A DNA stretch of 60,760 bases, filler included, from Squatina squatina (GCA_031763465.1; 4 parts of 3 records of this genome joined end to end with filler, not necessarily neighbours in it), one strand, 5' to 3'; numbered from the whole stretch's first letter, positions 47,096-60,760 are shown. Notes: a model not told the origin generated them from the letters alone. Numbers and translations are program-made.

Positions 47096-50000
47096 TGTCT
47101 AAGAGGTGCAGGTTAGCTTTAAGCAGTGCAGGCTAGCTTTAAGTGGTGCTGGCAAGTGTCGGGTTTGGGCCCCTGCTTATGCGTGCAACCAATCAACAGC
47201 ACTGGCTGCATGCAGAAATCATGCTAATGAGTAGGCAGCATGAAAATACTGTGCTGCCTGCATTACATCGAAGGGGTACGGGGTAAATGTGCATCGCGAT
47301 CACCGCGCTCTAAACGATATCCAATTTAGGGGCTATCCAATTTAGCCTTCTCTGTCTTTCCATGGTGAGAGTGGAGAATTTCTATGATTGTGGTGACAAT
47401 GTACAGCTGTCTAACCTGTTACCATAGCAATAGAAGGAAGTCAGGAGGGTACAATCAATGATAGTGACAGGAATGTGAGTCCAACATGGTAAGGTAACAA
47501 CAATGCTTGCTTTGAAGAGTTTTGAAAGCACTACCTTCATATAAACGTTGTACATCAAAATAGTGATTTTTAAAACTCTCAACAGCATTCGAGGAGATTG
47601 CAAAAGTCATAAACACTTAATTAAACCAGATCTTTGGTGGTCCAATTTGTAGCAAGCATGAAATTCTTGAAAGCACAGTACCTTTAAAAATCTATTAGTG
47701 AAATACTTCCAAGGTTAACCTGGCAATAAACCTGAGAGTGTCCCTGCGTCATTCTTTAACTCAAAGCATGTACTGATTACATAAATGCAGAGAGGGAAAA
47801 TACCTGCTCTCAACATATCAAACAAAACACATTTCTTGTAGTTATTCAAAAGGCAAAAACTGCTTCTAAGAGTTAAAACTTTCACTTGTCTCTTTATCTT
47901 TATTTTCAAAGTATCATACCCTGCGGACCACTAACATTGCCTACAGTTTGAATAATTGAGCATTTTGGAAAATCAAATGCCCTCCAGCTATCTGCAGGGA
48001 GAACTTGAGCCAGAAACAATGTGCTGCCTTTGAGTTTAAATGCTGGGAGCACAAGGGAAAATGAAGGGGAAAGAAATTTGCCCAGAGGCAAGATTTTGGA
48101 AGAAGAACTTAAGATGAATAAGTTTGGTTGATAGAATAGAATGAATGAATTCCCTTACAAAATGCCCTGAGGATCTCGTAATGCAATAACCTGGAATAGA
48201 GAACTTCGCTTATGGAAGTTTAATCAGGGAGACGCTTTTGAAATCTTAATGGAGCTCTGCAGATCCTCAATGTTCAGACCTCAATCAGTGTTAGAAGCAG
48301 ATAGTTTGACTCTGATATATAAAGAGTAATAGATACTTGGAGTGATTATGAAGCAGTAACCTAATCGAGGGGTTCAGATGAAATAAATCTAGTTCTGGAG
48401 CTAGGCNNNNNNNNNNNNNNNNNNNNNNNNNNNNNNNNNNNNNNNNNNNNNNNNNNNNNNNNNNNNNNNNNNNNNNNNNNNNNNNNNNNNNNNNNNNNNN
48501 NNNNNNCTCTTCCCCGACAATCTCATTCACTTTGATAATACTCTTTTCATTATGGGGCAATTTGTTTTTACCTACACTAGGTGTTGAAATTCCTTCTGCT
48601 GAGAACTTGAAAAAATTCAGCATGAGCATTTTAAATGAGAAATCCAACCAGTGTGAGCCCACTGTGGGAAATTCCTCATTGCTGAAACTAACGGCAGGAG
48701 GAATTTCACTTCTACCAATAAAAAGCAAGTTTTTGCTCTACCCCTTTGATCCACCGAAGAGGTTAAGGAACGTAAGATCTTTTTTTTAAGCCTTCAGGAA
48801 GGAGAAAGTTCCCTGATATTGTGTTTATTAAGGAGGAGTTTTGTAGTTCTGTACAATATTTTTGTCCAAAAAAGGAATGGAAGCCTTGCTTTGAATTCTA
48901 ATCACATCACACAAAAAAATATAATTCTAAAGTCATTGGACTTATCACAGGCTTATGTGATGAGAGAAATTGCTATGTAGTTGCCGTTTATTACACTTGA
49001 CGTAACCAGTAATCTCATCCTTCATAATGGATGGTTTCGACACCTTAAAAGAAATGTATTCAATCCAAGACTCCGAATTCAAAACTAATTTCCTTGATAA
49101 AAGAGTCATTAAGGACAAGCAGCTCAACCTAGCCATTCTTCCCCCCACCACACTCTTCCCCCTCCCACCTTTCTCTTTGTGGCTCACTGCACCTACATGA
49201 AGACACATTACATATAGGGTTTATAAGTGAAAAGCAGCCATATCCCAGAGGGCCTCACGGGAAGGTGGAAGCATCGGGGACCAGCTTCATTAGTGTCAGC
49301 GAATGAAGCATGAGGGAAGTGAGGCCTAATCAGCCCTGGGAGATGAATTTCAGGCCTTTTTCCTTCTGCTAAGCAAAGCAGTGAAGTGACAGCTCACTGA
49401 CAGGGCCTTGTATAAATTCCCTTCTACCTTTTACGTACAGTATGGCTGCATTTGAGGGAAAAATGTTTGCTTTTTTTAATGTTTGTTACAAGCACACTTA
49501 GCGCCTCAGAAACAAATCAATGCATCTGGATCCCTCGGAGTCCATGTAGCGTGTCCTGCTAATAACGACTGTTTGCTCTTCTCCCTTTCCAAATAAACGT
49601 TTGAAAAATATTTTTTGCGCGGATAGTGCCCCTTTAAGTGAGTCACAGATTTGTTCTGATCTGTAAAAACAATTGTTTCTACAAGTTCAAACGTATTTTT
49701 AAAGATTGACATTCGCGTTTACAGTTTGGAATAAAACATGTGTTAAACTCCTTCTGAACCCTGTGTGTTGGTTTGTAAACTTGCATTCCATCACATGCAC
49801 CTCCGCACACTGGACTACAGTACCTGTGGGTTCTTGGACTGGCTGAATGCAATACGCACAATTTCGCCTGATCTACCATTGCAGAAGTCCAGTCTGCAAG
49901 CAGAGCGTTTCATTTTCGATTTCATCTCGATCTCAATGTTTACTGTTTAACAGAAATCAGATTCGGCCTCCTCGGGGGCAACAGCAGCAATCAAAGTTGC

Positions 50001-50299
50001 AACTTTCTTTCCAAATAGTGACAATAACTTCAACTCTTAATTCAATAATAAAATCGGATTTAATCTAATGCACAGACAAGCAATGAAATAGTCATTGATT
50101 TTTTTAAAATCAATTTTAAAAAATTGATTTTTTTTTAAATCAAAGTTGTCCTTCTATTTCTCCCATCCCGAGGAGGTGACGACTTTCTGTAATTATTTTC
50201 CCGATCCCAGTTAGCCCCGAATTTTCAGAGAATCTCTTGTTATTATCAAACCGATTCGTTTTGCAGATTAATCCCTCCTCCCCCGAAGGCGGAATTTAC

Positions 50300-50491
50300 C
50301 TTTGAGATTTCGCTTGTGAAATACACAAACATTCCCGCCGTCGCAGCTATCTGCGATAGAAGCAAAGAAAGCCCACCGATCACCACCCACAATACCAGCG
50401 TGGAGTTCGCCGAGACTGCTGTTCCGGGGCTAGTCGCGATCATGGGAGCCGCGGAATCCGAGCTGCTGGATCGGGAGTATTGTCCAGCCAT
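50300..50491 (-). CDS. TNFSF10L: TNF-superfamily ligand exon 1 (type II membrane anchor), TRAIL-like
   Basis: MAGQYSRSSSSDSAAPMI...LWVVIGGLSLLLSQIAATAGMFVYFTSEISK|gtaaa, 192 bp, phase 0. Q.A.T...FVYFT.E is TRAIL-type, and Y.RS.S..S...M resembles recalled non-mammalian TRAIL-like proteins. The TNF domain exons are not visible. Confidence 0.65.
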
Positions 50492-50646
50492 CGCATCCCA
50501 GGAATTAATAACACTCAAGTCATCGGCCTGCCTGGAAGGAAATAAACTAAAAAAAAAATCTTCTAGCTGGTGTGGGTGGGTCTAGACAGGAGGAGCAACT
50601 GTTCTGCGCTGTCTTGCAGTTACTGAAAATCACTGGCGGTGTAAAG

Positions 50647-50652
50647 TTTATA
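50647..50652 (-). promoter_or_regulatory. Candidate TATA box of the TNF ligand gene
   Basis: TATAAA on the minus strand about 155 nt upstream of the ATG. Confidence 0.4.
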
Positions 50653-51019
50653 GGAATGCACTGTTGCATCTCTCACTAGTTTTTGTCTCCTCTCTCCACA
50701 AGGAAAGTTGGAGGTAATCACAGGGATCCCAATCCCTGATCCGTCCATTACCAAAACGTTCCTCTGTATCTTAATCTTCTTCCATCCTACTGGCAAAACA
50801 TTGCAACGGTGGTTCCTTTGGTAAAAGTATATATACGTTCAAAAGACAGTTCATTATTCGCAGTTAATTTACATGCTTAAGTTCCATGTTTTGAAGAGCC
50901 AGGTTCGCAAAATTAAAGCCCATGGCAGTAAAGGGCCAGGCAGCACGGACACAAAATTGGCTAAGGGGCAGAAAGCAGAGAGCGGCCGTGTTGTTTTTTG
51001 TCAGACTGGAGGGAACTAT

Positions 51020-51172
51020 ATAGTGGTGTTCCCCAGGGTTCAGTATTAGGATCACTGCTCTTTTTTATATTAATGACCTGGACTTATATATTCAGGGCAT
51101 AATTTCAAAGTTTGCAGTTGACACCAAACTCAGAAATGTAGTAAACAATGAGGAAGATAGTAACAGATACAG
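51020..51172 (+). mobile_element. CR1-type RT fragment
   Basis: SGVPQGSVLG and SKFAVDTKL. Confidence 0.7.
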
Positions 51173-51183
51173 TNNNNNNNNNN

Positions 51184-51829
51184 AGCTCAGCAAAGAGCTG
51201 CCAGCCCAGGAGCCATCTTGAGCCGTAGGGATTATGGAGGGCTCTTCTCAAATTTGATTGGCCGCAAAAATTCATCACCATCCTCCGCCTGCTCCAACAT
51301 GACATGCAAGCTGTGATCGTCACCAACGGTTCCACTACAGACCCAGTACAAGTGCAAACTGGGGTCAAGCAAAGCTGCGTCATCGCACCAGCGCTCTTCT
51401 CCATCTTCCTTGCCACATCACTCCACCTCATCTCCATGAGGCTCCCCGCTGGAGTGAAGGTAATCTACAGGACGAGTGGACAACTGTTCAACCTGCGTCG
51501 CCTCTGTCATCGAGCTGCAGTACACAGATCATGCTTGTGTGTATGCACACTCGGAGGCTGAGCTCCAAACCATCGTCGATTCATTCACTAAGGTGTATGA
51601 GACAATGGGCTTTATGCTAAACATCTGAAAGACAAAGGTCCTTTACCAGCTTGCTCCTGCTGCACAACACTGCCCCCCTACCTCCCCCGACTATCAAGAT
51701 CCATGACGAGCCCCAGGACAACATGGATCACTTTCCATACCTTGGAAGCCTCCTCTCAGCGAGGTCAGACATAGACAATGAAATCCAACACCACCTCCAG
51801 TGTGCCAGTACAGCCTTCGGTTGCCTGAG
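51184..51829 (+). mobile_element. RTE-clade LINE RT fragment
   Basis: PQKFITILRLL..DMQA, TGVKQSCVIAPALFSIF, and DHFPYLGSLLS...IDNEIQHHL..AS.AFG.L; contains stops and deletions. Confidence 0.85.
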
Positions 51830-54800
51830 NNNNNNNNNNNNNNNNNNNNNNNNNNNNNNNNNNNNNNNNNNNNNNNNNNNNNNNNNNNNNNNNNNNNNNN
51901 NNNNNNNNNNNNNNNNNNNNNNNNNNNNNAATTTTGATCAGATTCACTGTTGTATCCTACAGCATGCTCTGAAGCCCCAGAGACAGGGGTGGGATTGGGG
52001 GAGGAGTTGCATTAGACAAAGTGTACTTGACATCTTCGTGAATGACTTCGGACAGCTAGATTAAGGACAGAGGAAGAAGCTTATTTCATGGCTGATTTGC
52101 TTTAATACCTCAGTGACAGCAGGGAAGCTAAAATGAACTTGCCCTTGAGAAAGAGGATGCAGGTCCTTTTTTAAGCCACGATCAGACTCCAGTGAATGCA
52201 TCAGTGCTGCTGCTGTGTGCTGGTAAATAAACACACATGCACAAAAGGGAGGGGGAGGAGAGAGAACTGCTGAGATTGGGTTCATCCCCTCTAGAGTTGA
52301 TGAAATGTTGCATTTTAAACAACGTACTTAATGTACTTTAGATGCGCAAGTACTCTGTGAAAGTGTTTTTGGTGCTGCCCAGTCTCTCAAACAATCAAAA
52401 TGAATTCTTGCTCAAATCTCTTCCCTTTTATGTCATTCACATTTGCTGCTTGCATTTCCATTTTGATACTATTTCTAGGCCCTGCTATTATCCAGAGAAA
52501 CACCCACTCCTCTCTATTTTGGCACCTCAATTGCCTAACATCAGAGGCAAAGATGGAACAATTCTGTGCCTCCCAATCTTATTCATATTGTAGCCACGAT
52601 CATATTTTATTGAAAAAAAACTATGAAGGCCTGTGATACTTTGATTAAGCTCCTTGTATAGCCCTTGACCTGTGAACCTGAAAGAATGAATGTCAGACAA
52701 CACATAGCATTCACTGTCATAGCTAAGAATAAAAGAGAGAAAGAGAGAATGATTGGGAGGAAAACTACAAAGATAAATAGAAAAAGAGATTGATAGGCGG
52801 TGGAAATGACAGAGACACAGAGAAGCAGGAAAAGAGGCCGAGAGATTGGCAATGACAGGAGTAAATTAATATGAATAGGCGGATAAAGGACATGGGACAG
52901 AGAGGCTTTGTTTCCAAAAGAAACAAAGGGACTGGTAGTCATGTAAGTAGATTAGATACGTTCTTAGATACATACATGTACTGTATACATCTGTAAATAC
53001 CAATCGATAGAAAGAAATGTGGTTTATAGACAAGACTCAAATATATTTTAGTGAATAGATGAACAGAAAATTGGATCAATATGTTCATACATAGGTATAA
53101 AATACATAGCTAATAGGATAGTGGCTGGTTAGACAGAAAAATAGATGGACGATAGACGGATAGATAGGAAAATAAGATATTTACAGCATTAAACCAATGT
53201 ATAGATAACTACTGCACATACACAAGCCACAAGCAGAGTGAATGATTGAATAAGAGAGCATCACCAATGAGGCTGTAATCAAATTTTAACGAACACAAAG
53301 ATGAATACTGTAAAAAAGGTTCTGGGATAATAAATATAACAAAAGAGCATATCTATTATTGTGCCATAAGTCATAAATAAATGTATAGTTGCAGAACAAC
53401 ACGGTATAAAAAAGAGTTGAATTTTTGCACCAAGTCAAATATACAATACAGCATAATTGGTGTACACAGAATGTACATGAAATAATTTTGAAATGTTGTG
53501 GGTGCTTTAGAGTGAAAGATTATAGATTTGAGATTGTGATAAACCATGGTAGGTTATCAATCTCAGCCTAAACCAGTAGGGGAAACACCAAGTGGAAGGG
53601 AGATTCTTTTCCCTCAGAATGGAAGAATTGACAAAAGGGCTGGGCCAGGATCGCAATATCATAGAGGTTTATAACACAGATGGAGACCATTCAGCCCATT
53701 GTGTCCGTGCCAGCTCTTTGTTACAGAAATCCAAAAGTAATCCTACTCTCTGCCGATAACCGAGCATCTTCTGCCACTTCAAATACTATCTACTCTTCCC
53801 TGAAAAGGTACAACAGTCACTGCTTCAACTGTTCCCTGTGGCAAAAGATTCAACGTTCTGTTTTTATTTGATAAGGTGGCGATAATGTGCTTATACATAT
53901 GGCATTAGTAGCAACCTGAAAGCACTTGGTCAATTGAAGGACTGGACTGCAGTCTTGGCCTTTATTTGGCTGGCCTACACTTAGCTCTCCTGGTCCAATA
54001 GACATACAATTCATGTCATTGCTTATGTTTACTGAAGGTTAACGGCTTAGAGAGCTTTGATTCACACATTTCTTCATAGGTTTATAACTGGTAAATGTTT
54101 GAGCACATAATCAAAATAACTTTGACAAACATTCCATAGTCCTGATCAATAAAACACTTCCCTATTTATTTTCAAACTAACTTTCAAGATCTCCTTAGCA
54201 GCATATGGGGGTGAAATTCCTCTATTTTCTCATCCCGTTAGTACTATGAACCGTTTGGGCCCTGTATTTAAAGAAAGATATTAATTCATTGGAGGCGGTT
54301 CAGAGNNNNNNNNNNNNNNNNNNNNNNNNNNNNNNNNNNNNNNNNNNNNNNNNNNNNNNNNNNNNNNNNNNNNNNNNNNNNNNNNNNNNNNNNNNNNNNN
54401 NNNNNTATTTTACTAGTCTGTATTGTTTAACTGACCGATTGTTGCTTAAAAAGAGAGGGTTCGCTACTTCTCTGATAGTTTTAATCTCAAATTTATTGCA
54501 AGGAGATTCTGTTTTACCCAGAGAGAAAGCTAAAAGCTGAACCACTGTCAATCCCAGCTCTCTGTTGTAGATTGGCAATCAAGCAGCTAATCAAAACTAT
54601 CAGCAGTCTCCCCTGTTTAACCTCCTGCTATGCTCAATGAAGGGAACCAATCCAACACACTAGGGCCAATTTCCGTCCCTTTTTTCAAGCGGGAACGGGG
54701 AAATGGCAGTGAAACTACTTATCACCTCTTCTGTCCAGCAGCCGTGAAACAATTGTTTGCAGGTTGATTCCTGAAAACTAAATAACTAATGTTACCCATA

Positions 54801-56364
54801 CCCACTGCAGCTGGATAATTAAAAAGCTAGCACAGCTGCATAATTCTAAATAATCATTGTTTTCAGCATAATCACAATAAAGCACAGTTGCTATAATCAT
54901 CCGTCTCTCTCTCTGAGCTAGCCTCTCTCTGAAGTAAAAAATAAACACTCGCTAATAGCTTNNNNNNNNNNNNNNNNNNNNNNNNNNNNNNNNNNNNNNN
55001 NNNNNNNNNNNNNNNNNNNNNNNNNNNNNNNNNNNNNNNNNNNNNNNNNNNNNNNNNNNTTGATCAAAGCATTGCTGTGAAACTTGGACTCAGTATTCCA
55101 CCTCAACTGCCTGGGAGAATCAGGAACATCTGACTGCATCATATCACAGTGTGGCACCTCCATATCACATCATATCACATGTTGCACCTCCATTTCATTC
55201 TTAAATGAACATTTTGTAAATTTAAACAAAAATGAAAAAGGATTGCGGCGGAACTCACTTGGGAAGAGCTCACAATGCAGTATGCCACAGTGTCAACACT
55301 TTGCGAGAGTCAGGTGACCCCATCCCAAGATTTTCATTCTATCCCGTTGGGAAGTGGCTGACCTCTGCTTCAGTCCTTCTCCCTTGAGGCCTCCCTGGGA
55401 TCAGGGATAGACTGAGAGGGGAATTGAAGGGCATGGTCCAGAATCCTCCTCATACCACGCATGCTATTGGCTCGTCAGCATCCGGTGCCATAAGCTTTAT
55501 TTAATGCAAGCACAAAGCATAGATGGACTGGAGTAACCGCAGCAAAAGCTGAATATTTCAATGGGAACGAATAGGTGACAGACATGCTCTGTATCTCATC
55601 TCTTGATCTCCTACTATTTCTTGCTGTTGACTTCAGCTCCGCTGATCCAAGCACTCGCCTCTGCCTGTCACTGAAGACTATCTATCAGTGTCTACAGTGT
55701 CTGACTCACAGCAGGCCTCAGCTGGGTGATGCTTTTATCAGGGGCTTGGCACTGTCTGTCAGGCCTGTTTGTTGTCATTGTTTAGCACTGAGTTCTCCAT
55801 TTGACACACAGCTTGTTTTCTAACTTGGATCTCATTAAAATCTGTCCTGTTTAAAGACATTTGGATCCCTGTTTATAGGATCATTATATTTATTTTACAG
55901 AGAAATACATGGGTTAATTCTGCACTTCTGCTCTCACCCCTTCCCCTCCCTCCCCGAACCNNNNNNNNNNNNNNNNNNNNNNNNNNNNNNNNNNNNNNNN
56001 NNNNNNNNNNNNNNNNNNNNNNNNNNNNNNNNNNNNNNNNNNNNNNNNNNNNNNNNNNNNCCTGTTGACTGAAAGGCTCATTACCATTTGAATTGTCCGT
56101 TTTAGATTGACAGGGGACTGCAGGTTTTTCACACCTGCCTGTCTTGTTCTGTGGATATTGTACATCAGTTGTCTTCCATTTTGTTGGTACTGGTTTGCCC
56201 AAAATTCTCCATTTTGTATCGAATTCTACACTACTCTTCACCTAAAAACGTTTTCTAGCATCAATCGTAAATTACCTCTCACTCAGTTGAACCTGTGCCT
56301 CAATGTTCTACAGCTGCAGTATAACTTGAAATAGCTTTCTTCATTTCGAGTTTCTTCACCCTGC

Positions 56365-56622
56365 CTGTGCCTCAATTCTGGCCTCTTGTGCATCCCTGAT
56401 TTTCATCGCTCCACCATTGGTGGCCGTGCCTTCAGCCTTCAGCTCTGGAATTCCCTCTCTACCTCTCTCCTCCTTTAACCTACCTCTTTGACCAAGTTTT
56501 TGGCCATCCGTCCGAATATCTCAAGTGGTTCAGTTTCAAGTTTTGTCTAATAACGCTCCTGTGAAACGCCTTGGGATGTTTTACTATGTTAAAGGCGCTA
56601 TTTTAAATGGAAGTTGTTGTTG
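56365..56622 (+). mobile_element. L2 LINE 3' end
   Basis: Same tail as 46800-47095: CCTGTGAAACGCCTTGGGATGTTTTACTATGTTAAAGGCGCTAT...GTTGTTGTTG. Confidence 0.8.
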
Positions 56623-57659
56623 TTTTTCTTGAAAGCGAAAATAAATATCAATTGAATGAATATTTTGTACTGTGTACTTCAGACAGTAGCATAGTTTTAC
56701 ATTCTTATTCATAGCTTGCCTACAGAAATAAATCTTAAAAGCTAACCGATTGCAGTGTAATTGTGAGCTATTTGTGTGGAATAATTATAGTAGGTCTTCA
56801 ACTTCTTTTTAGCTGCAAACTGTCACGCTAGTTCTCCAACATATTCATTGCTTTCTGCTGTGTTGTATTTGCAGCAGGTTACTATAACAATTTGGATTAA
56901 ATATACAAAGATATTCAAGAACACTTGTATCTGACTGTCATCAGTGGCAACTTGTACATATAGCAGACTCCATACAAAGATGACTCTGTTTATTCATTCT
57001 GATTCTCATTTGTCACTTTGACATGCTTCCGTTGACACCTTCTTCCTCACATTTGCCTACTGTGTGATAATCTGCCATATCTGCGTCATTCTCTGGACAG
57101 TGCCACCTTGCCCCTCCTCTCTGTAGAGAGCACATCTTTGTGCCATCGTGCTGCCCACTACGAGCTTAAGATCTTGCTTTGTAAGTTTTGCTATAGGTTT
57201 CTGTAATTGCCAATTCCTGAAAGAAATCATGTACTGTACTGATTGAATAACTGGTAGCCTTGTGAGCTTACAAAGAATGATCCAGGCTTTATTACTCTTT
57301 TCATGTCCTTTTTACATCAGATATTCTGGAATTTGTAATTCACTTTGGACTGATGTGTGAATTTCAGTGCTACTGAGTTGACTCCTGTGCCAAAATCCTC
57401 TCTGTGATTAAATGTTGCTAAGGTCTGCCACCTATTGATCGGCCACAGAGACAGTGCAGTGTTGCAATATATTAGGGTAGATTCTGTCCTTTTTCCTCTA
57501 TCAGCAGTAACAATGATGGGTTGGTTCTTTTATCATGCAGGTACCTCTGCCGGAGTCTCAGAAAACCTTTTTTTCCATTGTTTGGAGCCCACAGATGTTG
57601 TGAAAGCTTAACCGGTGAAATGATGCCTTTATTGTTTGGTTCTGGATTGCCTGTAGTCA

Positions 57660-57727
57660 TATAATCTGTGGCTGACTCGCTGCGCACCAGGCTGGATGGC
57701 CATATTCCAGGACTGGGCGGATGTAAG
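57660..57727 (-). mobile_element. LINE RT C-terminal fragment
   Basis: YIRPVLEYGHPAW motif. Confidence 0.5.
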
Positions 57728-57827
57728 NNNNNNNNNNNNNNNNNNNNNNNNNNNNNNNNNNNNNNNNNNNNNNNNNNNNNNNNNNNNNNNNNNNNNNNNN
57801 NNNNNNNNNNNNNNNNNNNNNNNNNNN

Positions 57828-58282
57828 TGTTAACTTTCTGCAATTCATGTCCAAGGACACCCAGGTCCCTCTGAATGCAAACAATCCCAGTCTCTCATCA
57901 TTCAAAAAATATTCTGCTTTTTTGTTTTCCTATCAAAGTGGATAACTTCACACTCTCCCACCTTGAATTCCATTTGCCATGTTCTTGTCCACTCAGTCAA
58001 CCTATCTCTATCTCTCTGCAGCCTCTTTGAGTCCTTCTCACAGCTTACTTTCCCAGCTAACTTTGTATCATCAGCAAATTTGGATACATTACACTCAGAC
58101 CCTTCATCTAAATTATTAATATAGATTGGAAATAGCTGAGGCCCCAGCATTGATCCTTGCGGTACCCCACTAGTTACAGCCTGACAACCTGAAAAAGTCC
58201 CGCTTATCTCTACTCTCTGTTTTCTGTCCATTAACCAATCCTAAATCCATGCTAATACATTAGCCCCAATTCCATGAGTCCT
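57828..58282 (-). mobile_element. CR1-type RT fragment
   Basis: DRKQRV, VTSGVPQGSMLGPQLF.IYIN.LD, SKFADDTKL and WQMEF. Confidence 0.9.
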
Positions 58283-60760
58283 TAGAGGACTGAGGAAATA
58301 AAAGAGAGCAGAGAATGAGAGGAAAATAGAGTAGGGAAAGACAGAGATGAAAGAGAAAACCATAAACAGTGAGGTAGGAATGAGAAGAGAAGAGCAAAAG
58401 AGCCCGGCTTCAGGGGAGGGGGAAAGGAGGGGTTAAAGAAGAAAAAAGGAGAATAGGCCTATGCTTTTGCATCCTTTTATGGTTTACGTATGGGGTCTAC
58501 TTTTTCGTGGATTGAGAGCGCGCATTTTGTTTGTATAGTGGTTTATATTATGGTGTCATCATGTACAGCTCATTCATTGGTCTTGACATGTGTATCCAGC
58601 CCCCAACTCCATACAGTTGAACATCCCGGTTCTGAATGAAATAAGACTGAAATAAGCAGTCTGGCTCCAGTTCCAGATTGGTATGCAACAACAGGATATA
58701 GTGTTTTCATAGTGGGCAGTAAATGCCACATATTTGGTATAGTCACTTAGAGAAATTACAGAGCGAAAGAACAAAATTCCCAAATTTCAAACCTCCATTT
58801 CAGGGGCGCTTCATCAGGGTTATTGTTCCTTGTGCTATGCTATCCAAAATATTCTGCCCAAACATATGAATGTATTCACATTGTATGGACGCACATGCAG
58901 GCTACTTGCCATTCAGGTTGGCCTGAATAAGGACCAAAACTTGGATTTTGGAGCATACGTGAAACGTTTTTCTTATGGTCAGCATCAACCTGGAATAAAC
59001 CTCGACTGGCTTAGAATGCCATGAGAAAATTCAGAGATGATCCTGGATATTAGGAGACAGTTGAGCCTCTGAGAGAGCTTGAGACATGTTCATGTGCAGT
59101 TTGTAGTAATCTCCTGAAACTGTGAGCTGCCAGCACATTGTAGGGGGAGCACTTGGCCCACATGATCCTTGATCTGGACTTATTCAATTATTTTCACTCA
59201 GGGCAGGCAGAGAGAATCATTCATACTCCAATACTGTCATCATTAACCTCGCTGACTACTAATCTACATGAAAGATGTAGATTAAGTATAAATGCAAAGA
59301 CAACTTCTCAGTTGCTTTAATAGTAGCTGACTATTTAAACAAAAAATGTTCAAAAACTCCAACAGAACTAGACACAGAAAAAGAATGATTTTAAGTTTAA
59401 TCATAATCCTCTGATTTGATTTTTAAAAGGGGGAGTGATGGTGCAACTCTTTTCGCATGGCCAGTGAACATACTGTCTGCATTCTTCTGCTTATGGTATC
59501 AGCCGCGCTGTCGGGGAGAAGTGCAGATGCAGACTGAAGGCCAGGTGCTTCATCACGTGGAAGGGAAGGAAATCACCCCCAGGGGAAATTCCCTCTCAGC
59601 ACCTTTTTGCAGCCAGTTCAAGAACAACATTGCCAGAGGCATAAGGCTGGATCACCTGCTTATTCTTTCAACCAAGGAAGGGCATTGGGAGCAGCTGGGA
59701 GAGGAAGGGACCTAAGGTGGGAATTTCTTTTTTTTTAATTCTGGAATTCTAATGGAATTCATTTGAAAGCAACTGGCATGACTGATTTTAAAGAATTCAG
59801 ACACTTGCACAATATATTTTGTCGTAACACATTACTTAATAATCTTCAAAGCTACTGCTTCTATTATGTTGCTCACTGTACNNNNNNNNNNNNNNNNNNN
59901 NNNNNNNNNNNNNNNNNNNNNNNNNNNNNNNNNNNNNNNNNNNNNNNNNNNNNNNNNNNNNNNNNNNNNNNNNNNNNNNNNTATGAAGTGTGTAAGAGCC
60001 ACCCAGGGGGACTTGCACTTAAGTTTTCCTTCCCTCCACAAAAGGAAAATAACTGACAGCGTTAGATCATACTGTATGTACACTTCCTGACAGCAGAACA
60101 TGGAGCATCATTAACATCGGTCTATACGCAGGCAGTCCAGGCAGTCGTACCATCCTGTATGCAGCAGGTGTGTCATACAGGGGATGACAAAAGGGGAGCA
60201 TTAGGGGGAAAAACTTTATTTATTCATTCAGCCCTGCATTCCAGAAGGGGCAGAAATGGAATTTTATTTTTAATTTGTCCTATTCTGTCGCATTTATTCC
60301 CTCTCTTATTTGTTAGATTTAATGTTGAGCGTTAAAAAGTGGAGGGGTGTGGGAATGCAACAAATTGTGTCACAGTCTTGTGTAATGTCAAAGCATGTAA
60401 ATGTGGTAGCAAAGCGCTGTTCTCACTTTCCAAGTTCTCCAGACATTGATTAAGGAATGTGATTTTTCACATGGCACTGCAATCTAATTAACACCTATTA
60501 AAGCTTTAAACAACTCTTTACGTGGGTCTCACTCTCTGTCCATTGAAGTTACTGAGATGGATCAATGATAGTGGGAGGAGCCTCAATTTGAAAGCTTCAG
60601 TGATCAGAATCCCACTTCAGCTTGACAGTTGCAAAGGAGGAAGGGAGGAGACACTGCATGGCTGGTCATCATGATCAAAAGCACTCCAGAAGTCTGGAAA
60701 GGGCATCAGTGACTGAATTCACATCATTCTTGGGGAAAATAATCTCCCACTCCAAGTGAA

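Noticed and set aside
50094-50143. Double AT-rich palindrome in the TNF ligand intron
   Set aside because: Low-complexity A/T runs pair by chance.
55137-55197. ~31-bp imperfect tandem duplication
   Set aside because: Only two units and no spacers; ordinary slippage, not CRISPR-like.

Overview
Vertebrate nuclear DNA, most likely a cartilaginous fish (inferred from the DeuSINE, CR1, L2 and Penelope repeat content and from gene divergence), from a fragmented draft assembly. Three artificial spacers (44N-TTAATTAATTAA-44N at 16939-17038, 31161-31260 and 45926-46025) join four unrelated scaffolds, each broken further by ~100-N gaps of unknown true size. Scaffold 1 has two PTPDC1 exons (-). Scaffold 2 has six FAM184A exons (+), the first and last exons of a GPRC6A-like class C GPCR (-), a frameshifted TMEM200-family segment (+) and two MCM9 exons (+). 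Scaffold 3 has two KIF2C exons (-) and a single-exon NAT8/camello-like acetyltransferase (+). Scaffold 4 has exon 1 of a TRAIL-like TNF ligand (-). The rest is CR1, L2, RTE and Tx1 LINE fragments, tRNA-derived SINEs, PIF/Harbinger elements and MITEs, and Penelope-type termini. Best leads: the extra GPRC6A-like and TMEM200-like genes between FAM184A and MCM9, altered signalling motifs in that receptor, a minimal hammerhead-ribozyme motif at 3368-3410 (-), and a Harbinger Myb/SANT plus MITE family. Gene and repeat names come from recalled sequence similarity; no search was run.
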